A stretch of 63,204 bases of DNA, the filler included, from Octopus bimaculoides (lineage: Eukaryota), in assembly GCF_001194135.2 (NCBI RefSeq). It is 5 parts of 5 records of this genome, joined end to end, with 100 filler letters (N's around TTAATTAATTAA, not from the genome) between each part and the next. Parts side by side here need not be neighbours in the genome. Positions count along the whole stretch, not along the records: positions 1 to 8,269 come from NC_068985.1; positions 8,370 to 16,894 come from NC_068982.1; 3 more parts are not named here. One strand, written 5' to 3'. Position 1 is the first letter of the stretch. The number at the start of each line of letters is the position of its first letter. Below the pieces are notes generated by a model. The model was not told the origin of the DNA. It saw nothing but the letters and a program-made list of their open reading frames with translations, and made no database searches. Of this stretch, positions 1 through 9,942 are shown one piece after another. Made by a program: the position numbers and the translations under genes.

Positions 1-60
1 TATATATATATATATATATATATCATGTATATATATATCATATATTTGTATATATATACT
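1..60. repeat. (TA)n-rich microsatellite
   Basis: Direct reading; one of many (TA)n tracts in the window. Confidence 0.9.
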
Positions 61-1320
61 TGATGAATTCTAAATCTATAGAGCGTAGGTGAATACGTCC
101 CTCTATAATTTTTACTTACAAGACTCGAACTTTTAGAATCGGTAGCGCATCGAAGAAAATACTTAGCGGTATTATTTTCTGCGAAATCTGTTAAGATACC
201 AGTTCACATCAAGAATCTTGCGAAACAGATGCAAGAACGAGATAATATTTCTGTTAACAAAATAACTATGTAGAACATCAACTGAAAATCAGATAATGTT
301 AGAGTTTATATTTGCAGTTCTTTTAAAAATTGTTGTAGCTGGTGTAGGATACCATTTTAAAGTAGACGAAGTGTATTTTCTTCCCAATCGGGCGCATTCA
401 GAAATAATTTTTATTACTGTCGTATTTATTTCACATGCACAACAAGCATGTAACCAATTTACAGATTCGTTTCAGTAAATCTTTTCTCCGTAGCGTATTT
501 TCTCTCTACCATAACATTTCAACCAACGACAACGCCATCGCAATCTCCCCGTGTTTATTTTACATTTTAACTCCTGTTTAGTTAAATAAAAATAATAGAC
601 ACAACTATTCCTAAACTAATAGCAATTTTACTTGCAGTATAATATTGCATCTCACCTAACTGCATACAAATATGTATTTAAATTTTTCGTTCTATAATAA
701 CAAACTTTTTCGTCGTTAATATTTCAATTTCCCAAAACTTTCAACGATATTGAGTTGAACCATTTTACTTTCATATTTTCTGCTTAGAAAAATTGAATTT
801 ACTCAGTTAACTTGCATTGATATTTAGTTATATAAATCTGTTACATTTACCGCAAAGATAGAAAAAAAAAAACCTCCACACACTCACATACAAACACCCA
901 CATCCACTTAATCTGGTTCATTGATATCGTTCTTTTGTTTTTCAATGTCTCTGTTTGAACTTGAATTCGCGTTTGGTGATGATCACAGCTAGCAATAAAA
1001 CATCCCCGCAGTTAACAAAAACGCCTACAGATATATATCGCACCCATTCACATTTGGAAGCAAATAATGGACGTCGATAAAATATCAAAAGAACAGCTTC
1101 AGCTATCGCACTAGAAGAAAGAAAGATCGATACTTTGCACATATTAACTCCTTCTTGAACACTAAACAACATTTTCTACCTTCTTGACGAGCTTCATTCA
1201 CCACCATAAAACCTGAGAGAATACTTTACGACACTTCCTGGTCAGTTATTGATACCGTAACGCTGTTCCTGGGGAGTCGAATAACAAGCAATTTATACTA
1301 CCAGCATTTTGCAGAAATAG

Positions 1321-1895
1321 GGGTCTCAAATTCTGATTCAAAAATAGCAATTTCGAGGGGAGGAGATAAGCCGATGAAATCAACCCTAGTGTTCAAGTGG
1401 TACTTATTTTATCGACCCCGAGAAAATGAATGGCGAAGTCGACAACGGCTGAATTTGAACTCAGAACGTAAAGATAGACAAAATGTCACTACCGCCTAAA
1501 TATCTCTAGAAATAACCTTGTCTACTATAGGCACAAGGCCTGAAATTTAAGGGAGGAGACTAGTCGATGAAATCGACACCAGTGCGCAACTGGTACTTAT
1601 CTAATCGACCCCCGAAAGTATGAAAAGCAAAGACGACCCGGCGGAATTTGAACTCACAACGTAGCGGCAAACTAAATAACACTAAGCATTTCGCCCGGCG
1701 AGCTAACGAGTCTGCCAGCTCGCTGCTTAAATGTCTTTAGAAATAATCTTGTCTATACTATAGGCACACGGCCTGAAATTTAGAGGAGTGGGTAGTCGAT
1801 GAAATCGACCCCAGTGCGTAACTGATACTTATTTCATCGACCCCGAAAGGAAGGAAAGGCAATGTTGACCTCGGCGGAATTTGATCTCAGAACGT
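1321..1895 (-). mobile_element. Three head-to-tail copies of tRNA-derived SINE family B (head ggcggcgagctggcagaa, central gactttgcctttcatcctttcggggtcgataaaataagtaccag)
   Basis: Copies at about 1321-1497, 1501-1727 and 1730-1895 share B box (gagttcaaattcc on minus) and central block with the copies at 45500, 47690 and 61600. Confidence 0.85.
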
Positions 1896-1963
1896 ATGTA
1901 TGTATGTACATTATTTACATTATTTACATTTGACGGATATCTGTCCTCATCTTGTTTGTTGTT

Positions 1964-2009
1964 AACACAATGTTTCGGCTGATATACCCTCCAGACTTCT
2001 TCAGGTGTC
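1964..2009 (-). ncRNA. Minimal type I hammerhead ribozyme-like motif (degenerate copy)
   Basis: Minus strand GACAC-CUGAAGA-A-GUCUG(gagggtatat)CAGCC-GAAAC-AUU-GUGUU; stem III should be ACGU, as retained in the inverted arm at 2241-2248. Confidence 0.6.
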
Positions 2010-2059
2010 TTGGAGAAATTTCGAACCTGGGTTCTCATTCCAAAGGTATTCTTCGATGT

Positions 2060-2064
2060 TGTTG

Positions 2065-2137
<73 letters not shown>

Positions 2138-2146
2138 CATTATTAT
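2060..2146. repeat. (TTA)n microsatellite
   Basis: Direct reading; explains poly-I/L/Y ORFs 1829-2226. Confidence 0.95.
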
Positions 2147-2340
2147 TCAGGTCACTGCTTGGAATCGAACTCGGAATCTTGGGGTTAGTAGCCCGTGCTC
2201 TTAACCACTACGCCATTTGCCCGTAGAGGGTATATCAGCCGAAACGTTGTGCTAGCAACAAACAAGATGAGAACAAATATCCGTCAAATGTAAATAATAT
2301 AAATAATGTACATAATTACTTATCTCTTAAATATAGAAAT

Positions 2341-2381
2341 GTTTGTATGTATGTACGTATGTATGTATGTATGTATGTATG

Positions 2382-2420
<39 letters not shown>

Positions 2421-2421
2421 A
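2341..2421. repeat. (TATG)n/(TATC)n compound microsatellite
   Basis: Direct reading. Confidence 0.9.
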
Positions 2422-2545
2422 GTTGAAATTTACTGGAGAACAAAAGACGAAGACAGGTGTATAAACAACAAGCAGGTGTTTTAATTTGACGCTCGGAAAG
2501 GTGAAAAGTCTTTTACGTTTCGAGCCACCGCTCTANNNNNNNNNN

Positions 2546-2587
<42 letters not shown>

Positions 2588-3041
2588 TAAATGCATACAC
2601 CAGTAACTCCACAACCATTCACAATGATGTGCACACATACACCCATGTATGCGTACATTGGTGTAGAGTCTTATACATTCCTTGGTCACACACCTGTTAT
2701 CTCGTCACTAAACAGACTACTCAGGATTTAATTTCAAATCTTTCAACACGCATGCACTGAGCGTTACACACACGCGTGCGCGTGCGTGTGTGCACTGCGT
2801 GTGCATGATGTACTTGTACACATACATACACATATGCACCCGCCACCCACACATACGTACACACATGAATACGTCTATACATATATATATAGGTTTATAT
2901 ATATATATATGTTATATATATTTATATATATATACATGATATATAAACATATATATATATATACATACATATACATATATCTTATATATATGTATGTTAT
3001 ATATATGTATGTGTGTGTATACGTACATACATACATACATA

Positions 3042-3096
<55 letters not shown>

Positions 3097-3885
3097 GTAC
3101 ATACGAAGTATGCTATACATCTTCGTGTGTATGACTCTATTTGCAAAAGCTGAAAATCTGTTTCCGCTTTGTTAAAATAACTAACACGACATAAAAATCC
3201 TATTATTATAAAGGTGTTAATATGAGCAAAAGAAAAAAAGAAATAATAATAATAATAATAATAATGCAAGATTATTTCACAGAAAATATTAGTGGGTTTT
3301 GAAGTAGAATACCTCAGCAGAATTTTATTACCGGAGGCTATAACTACTGAAACGAAGAAACGGATAGAGGTATTTCATAATGTAAAATGATATTTCCTAT
3401 ATCATGGATATCTTATTTTCCATTCCATAAGTAAGAAAGTAAAATGTAATTTTTATGTAATGATGGTATCTTAGATCTAGTTATTTTTTTTTTGACTCAG
3501 CGAGCTAAAGTTCAAATGAGATCGATTTCTAAGAAACTATTTTAAAGTTTTCTGTGTTCGTTTCTATCTGTTAGCTCTCTAAATTTCAATACCTGTAATA
3601 TTAAGTTTTCTATCTTAGCTTCGATTACAATTATCGCTATCGTTCTCCTGTTTTTGTATTAGACGAGGTTTATTGCTTATATAAGAGTTAAAGTATCTAA
3701 AGATGAATATAAGTGTCAAGAAGTACTTCTTGTTTTCTACTTGTTTGATTGTGGAAATAATATGGAATAACCTATATTAGTATTATTGACATTCATCTAG
3801 TAATGGTAGCAAGCTTCTTAGAATATCTGAAAAATGTATTCTGACGTCATAAAAGTATTATAAACTTTCGAGAGAATGTGTTATA

Positions 3886-4521
3886 CAGTAATTCCTCGAC
3901 TATCGCGAGTATTACGTTCCGATACCTCTCACAGAAATAATTAAAATCTTAAAAAATATAAATACTTATCGGCCGCAGAAACCCGCGATATACTAAGGAT
4001 TCCGCGATGTAAATTTATATGTATTATGGAGATGTATTTGTATAGGAAGTGACCTGATCTGAGATCGTGTGCTGAAGCAAAAAAACAATAGCAGCGTCAA
4101 AGGTGCTTATAAACCATTTAAAAACACACAAAAGTGTTAGATTCACTTCAACATTTAAATTTAATTTGTCAAAATATTTTCGTCGCTTTCAGACCGCGAC
4201 CCGTTCACTGACAAAATTCCGTGCTGCATCTGAGAAAGTAACAGTTAGTTCATGATAGATATGTACGTACGTACGTACGTATGTATGTATGTATGTATGT
4301 ATGTATGTATGTATGTATGCGTGTATGTTTGTACGTATGTATGTATGTATGTAATTTACATATATTAATTTACATATATTAAGCCAAAAAAGTCTGCGAC
4401 AGGTGAATAACGATGTACTGAGGGCGTGATAGATGAACCGCGATGTACTTAGTGCGCGATTGGTGAACCTCGATGTACTGAAGGCGCGATAGGTGAACCA
4501 CGATATGGCGAAGGATTACTG
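3886..4521. mobile_element. Tc1/mariner (pogo/Tigger-like) MITE with internal cargo
   Basis: TA-CAGTAATTCCTCGAC left end, GGATTACTG-TA right end (imperfect TIR, TA TSD); same family at 24359-24576. Confidence 0.7.
4165..4216 (-). ncRNA. Hammerhead-like fold with G3-C8 core variant
   Basis: Minus strand UUUGUCA-GUGAACG-G-GUCGC(ggucugaaa)GCGAC-GAAAAUAUU-U-UGACAAA: 7-bp stem I, 5-bp stem II, palindromic AAUAUU stem III. Confidence 0.5.
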
Positions 4522-5959
4522 TAGTTCCTTGTTAGAATAGTAGATACTTAAGCATATAAAGCAATAAATATTAGCATGTAAATTCTGGGTTAGTTTGCAA
4601 AAGCATTTTAGATGTGAAAAACCGAAAGCTGCCCGTACGACATTCGAAGGATTTCTTTGGTTAAACCGTTGAACGGCTGCATGTACAAGGGTTTTTCAAT
4701 TCAACGTTTGCATACCATCATTTATAGCTTTACCTGGTATCAGATCCACTGCTCTCTCAAAAGAACTCTCTCTTGGTATTTATTCCAGTACTTCATGAGC
4801 TGAGTTCAAATTCCGCCGGTGTTATCTTTTCTTTCATAAATAAATAAAAATAGTACCGCTCAACCACCATGTTGGTGATATCGATTATCCTCGTTCTTTT
4901 AAAATCGCTAAGCTTGCAAACAATTAGTTATCGGACGAAGTACTTTGCAATATTGCTGTGTAAAAGACACACCACTGTCAATTATTTGACGAATGTTGCC
5001 GCACATCGGTAACATTCATCTATTTCTAGAAATTGGAGTCATAACCCCGAAATATTGAATACAAGGTAAGTCTACATTAATTCACATAATCGTTTTCTTG
5101 TGATTTACATTGCATTTACTTCGCATTGTTTTGGCCTTACCCACGATCCTTTATACAATATATTCTACACAATGCTTCACAGTAATTATTCCAGGATATT
5201 TGTTTGTTTGTGCATGCAACAAACGTCCACTGCTTAAGTGTAGACTTTCGATTACCGCAGTATAGTCTCCGCAATGATTTCAATTTTTGAGCGGCAGCAT
5301 TTCGTAAAAATTCTGCAAATGAAAATATATTACAATGCATAGAAATTAAAGTACTATAATAGATTTTAACGTTCAACCTAACTGAAGTGTAGAGATCATA
5401 CTTAAACGAAAGACGGATATGAAGCAACGACAGAATCATATGATCAAATCAACTGGGTAAATTTTATGAGGCCTCAGAAAAATTATTTTATATAATGTAA
5501 CCAGTAAGATTTAGAACAAGAAATTGTGAAATATTTATAACCGTAAAGGAACGCTGACAATATATATAAAAGGTACGATCAAACCCAACGTTTTATATCA
5601 ATTTACAGTTGCGAAAATTTAAAGCTTCATAGTAATGTTACAACAGACGCTTGGAGAAGTTAAATGTTTAAACATGGAATATTAAGTGAGAACACAAGAG
5701 AGTTCAGATATTGAAGAAATTTCATACTTTTATTTTTAATACTCTCAAGTTACAGCATTTTCACAAATAATACGAGCTAAATTTGAAGCAGAAAATGTCC
5801 TTTCAAAATATAAATTGTTAATGTTACAACAACACTTGCAGAGCTAAAATCAGATAATTTAAGATTTATTCAACACTTCCATTTCGCGTACTTTTAGCCA
5901 ATTTCCCTATTTCTTTGGTATGTGTTTGTAAGCATATATATATATATATACATGTATAT

Positions 5960-6020
<61 letters not shown>

Positions 6021-6022
<2 letters not shown>

Positions 6023-6420
6023 CGCAAGCGTGGTGTGTGGTAAGAAGGTTGCTTCCCAACCACATGGAACAAGGTTCAGTCCCACAGCGTGGCACCTTGG
6101 CCAAGTGTGTTCTACTATAGCCTTGGGCCGACCAAAGCCTTGTGAATTGATTTGCTTGATGGAAACTGACCGAGGCTTGCCGATTACACACACACACACA
6201 CACATATATATGTATATATTTGTGCGTCTACGTTTGTGCACCCCACCATCACTTTACAACCAGTGTTGGTGTGTTTATGTCTCCGTCACTAAACAGTTCG
6301 GCAAAAGTGATCGATAGAATAAGTACTAGGATTACAAAGAATAAGTCCTAGTGTCGATTTGTTCGACTAAAGACGGTGCTCCAGCATGGCCGCACTCAAA
6401 TGATTGAAACAAGTAAAAGA
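6021..6420 (+). mobile_element. tRNA-derived SINE family A (CORE-like cttgggcaagtg block, internal microsatellite), near full length
   Basis: Head ggcgcaagcgtggtgtgtggtaagaag, B-box-like ggttcagtccc, 3' end ccagcatggccgcactcaaatgattgaaacaagtaaaaga; more than 10 related copies in window. Confidence 0.85.
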
Positions 6421-6487
<67 letters not shown>

Positions 6488-6833
6488 TAAAAATATATAT
6501 ATATATATATATTCATACATTTACACATATGTACATACGTGCACATGCATATATAAATATCATAGAAACAATTCGTATTATAAATAATCATATATTCGTA
6601 CATACACATTCATATTTATTGTGTTCATCCATGCATTCATACATTCAATCTTCATTGTTTTAGCAGCTGTGAAATATGTTAACAATTACCGTTTTCCTGA
6701 GATTTCCTGACATGTTTTATAATTGGTTTAGAGATTTAATATTCCAGCTTCCCCGTTGCTAATATCATTTCACAGAAATGCTACATAAACCTGATTTTAC
6801 CGGGTTCAAAGATTTGTGACAATTGTACTTGAA

Positions 6834-6943
6834 ATTTAGAGGACATAGTTCCGGGCTTAATCCCACTGCGTGGAACCTTGGGCAAGTATCTTCTACTATA
6901 GCCTCGAGCCGTCCAAAGCCTTGTAAGTAGATTTGGTAGACGG

Positions 6944-6998
<55 letters not shown>

Positions 6999-7335
6999 AG
7001 TTTCCGTCTAGCAAATCCACTCAGAAGGCTTTGGTCGGCTCGAGGCTATAGTAGAACACACGTGGCCAAGGTGCCACGCAGTGGGATTCAGCTCGGTACA
7101 TGTCCTCTAAATATATATATTTATGTATATGTGTGTGTGAGTGTGTGTGTTTCTGTGTTTGTCTCCCCATCATCGCTTGACAACCGATGCTGATGTGTTT
7201 ACGTCCCCATAACTTAGCGGTTCGGTAAATAGACCGATAGAATATGTACTAGACTTACAAGGAATAAGTTCTGGGGTCGATTTGTTCGACTAAAGGCGGT
7301 GTTCCAGCATGGCCGCAGTCAATTTACTGAAACAA
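6834..7335 (+). mobile_element. SINE family A copy with an internal inverted duplication of its 5' half
   Basis: Arms 6834-6946 and 7001-7112 around (TA)n; 3' half of SINE resumes at about 7150. Confidence 0.8.
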
Positions 7336-7450
7336 ATAAAAGAATAAAAGAATATGTGTGTATGTGCGTGTATGTGTGTGTGTATGTGTGTATGTGTGCG
7401 TGTGCATATAAATACATATAATGCATATATAATACATAAATACATATATA

Positions 7451-8025
7451 TGTGGTCTGATCAATAAGTATCCGGACTGTTGCCATAGTAACAAATCTAA
7501 AACATGCCGAGTAAAGCCTCTTGGTACAGATTGGCGGTCAACTCTTCTGCTTAACGTTCTAGCTCACTTCTGCTGTTTACAGTGCTCTTGGAAGGAACAT
7601 GTGTAACGTGTGATCGTTACATCGACCATGATAAAGGAAGTTGTCATGCCGATAACTGCTCAAAAGCCTACGCAAAGTTGCAGAAAATGTACAGAGAGGT
7701 GTGTATGAGATGCACACAAGTGTAGAGTGGTTAAGGCGTTTCCAATATGGACGAAAAATACCGATAATGACGAACGTTCTAGGAGACCCGCAACCAGCAG
7801 AACAGAGAAAAACATCGCAGATGTGCGTGTAGCTGTGAGTGTGAAAATCGTCGAATCACCATCCGTGAGTTATCAGAAGATGTGCAGATTAGTTACGATC
7901 CTGTTCAGTCCATTATCACTGAAGATTTGGGTATGAGACGCGTGTCTGCCATGTTTGCGACAAAACTGCTTTCAGCTGACCAAAAAGACACTGAAGTTTC
8001 AGTTGCACAAAATCTCCTTGATTAC
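7451..8025 (+). mobile_element. Mariner transposase 5' relic (TIR plus N-terminal HTH region), frameshifted
   Basis: TA-tgtggtctgatcaataagtatccggact end; peptide pieces DNDERSRRPATSRTEKNIADVR and ENRRITIRELSEDVQISY..IITEDLGMRRVSA..TKLLSADQK; truncated by a SINE at about 8031. Confidence 0.8.
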
Positions 8026-8030
8026 TCTTT

Positions 8031-8240
8031 TACTCTTTTACTTGTTTCAGTTATTTGACTGTGGCCATGCTGGAGCACCGCCTTTAGTCGAGCAAATCGA
8101 GCCCAGGACTTATTCTTTGTAAGCCTAGTACTTATTCTATCGGTCTCTTTTGCCGAACCGCTATGTTACGGGGACGTAAACACACCAGCATCGGTTGTCA
8201 AGCGATATGAGGGGGGCAAACACAGACACACAAACGTATA
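8031..8240 (-). mobile_element. SINE family A, 3' half
   Basis: Reverse complement of the 6240-6420 segment. Confidence 0.85.
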
Positions 8241-9942
8241 TATATGTATATATATATATATATATATATNNNNNNNNNNNNNNNNNNNNNNNNNNNNNNN
8301 NNNNNNNNNNNNNTTAATTAATTAANNNNNNNNNNNNNNNNNNNNNNNNNNNNNNNNNNNNNNNNNNNNACTTCAAGGATCGGATACCGCAAGACGGACT
8401 CGCAGTCGAGGAAAGGAAAACCGAGGTAAGGCGATTACATCTACTCGTACGCACACACCACAAACTAAATCTTAGAAAAGACAATCTGCCGGAACAGCGA
8501 TTTCTAATTCAGAGTAATTGCTCCAGCTAGGGAAAACACTACATTTATCTGGGATGATTTCAGTGGCGTAGCGAGAGAAGCCGATAGTCTCATCCTTCGC
8601 TGATGGGAAGTAAACCGTTACACTTTAAAAAGGGAGTAGATCACAAGTGCAAAATATAAAAAAGAAAGAAAATGGCCCACACAAATTCTTCGGTTTCGTG
8701 CTTCCTCCTACACTGTAGCAGAAATACAGGGACCGTGAAGCCATAATTAATGCTTAGTAACTGCTGCTAATCCATATTTAAAATCGAATTCGTGCTCAAA
8801 AGGAAAGCATTGATGTACTTCGAAAGGTTAACTTAGCTCAGATTAGGTTAAATTATCCCAACTTAGTTTAGTTTAAATGGATGATTTCTTTGCTGTGCTG
8901 GCACTCTTGTACTACTGAGGTAAACCTGTAATTACTCCAGATTAATCGTTAGTAATCTTGAAGGAATGACACACACTTTTATAATTGTAATGTTTTAGCA
9001 TACATAAATATTATACAGTTCATTATAAATATAAATCCAACAAACGCTTTTAAATTAAAACAGCCGAATGCGACAAGAATGCTTAGTAAAAGTTTAAAAA
9101 CTGCATTTTCTTTGTATTGTTTGCTCACTTGTTTTCCAATACTTGAAAGGCAAGGTGACGTTTGTGATTTTGAAGCATAAATCGACACTAAGGTCTACCA
9201 ATAATTTTTGTTAAATAAATGACTAAATTTATAAAAATAAATACTGTTAAACTGGAACGATAATTATTGTTTTCAGATTTTAACTCTTCTCATTTCTTGA
9301 CCAAAAAAGAAAGTTAGATTATTAAGTGGGCGAATCTGCATGTATATCCCTCGGCTTTCTTGAGAGAGACAAATTTAAAGAGAAAAAAATTGTTGCGCGC
9401 GTTTCAGAAATTCAAGTGTTCATCTTCGTAAAAAAAGTAAGATATGAGTACTACCGTTAATTGTTTTTAAAAGGCATGCAAACACACATTATGAAATACA
9501 TTATAACTAGAAAGTAAACTTACTATTCATCATTTAAAATATTCAAAACTAAGGAAATGATACATTCGATTTATGTGTATAATCTATATACTTATAGTGG
9601 TCTATGACATTATTTTAATTTACAATTAACTCAACAAAAATTATATTCGATCTTTAAGATTTTCCTGGAGTGTGTATGGAACAGTCCAATCATGATAACA
9701 TAATATACAATATACTGCCTCATTTTTGTGCAAAAACACGTAGCGAAAATGAAACAAAATTATCGTGAGTTTCTGCTTTCAACACCATTCAGTGTCAGAT
9801 AGATGACATGGCAGAAGATGTTGAAATGCTAGTTGTAGCAATCAAGAGCATCAACGCAAAGTTTTGCTTTTCAGCTGGAAGAGTCGACTGATGTTTCTAA
9901 TTATATTCAACCGATCTGCTTTTCTTTCTATATTGGTGATAA

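Larger units (their letters stand above)
1903..2314 (-). mobile_element. Non-autonomous tRNA-headed retroposon with hammerhead-like fold and inverted duplication of its 3' end (PLE-like)
   Basis: 89-bp inverted repeats 1903-1991 / 2226-2314 (6 mismatches); tRNA head 2224-2148 with A box TGGCGTAGTGG and B box GTTCGATTCC; (AAT)n linker; HHR fold 2009-1964. Confidence 0.75.

Noticed and set aside
296-1172. ORFs 296-478(+) and 942-1172(-), with an acceptor-like site near 1213 on minus
   Set aside because: No recognisable motif; adjacent frames closed; cannot support a gene
1829-7193. ORFs of poly-I/Y/L, YIYI, VCVC type
   Set aside because: Translations of (TTA)n, (TA)n and (GT)n microsatellites
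8550-8615. Possible C/D snoRNA (atgatt...ctga)
   Set aside because: C box deviates from RUGAUGA, no clear terminal stem or rRNA guide recognised
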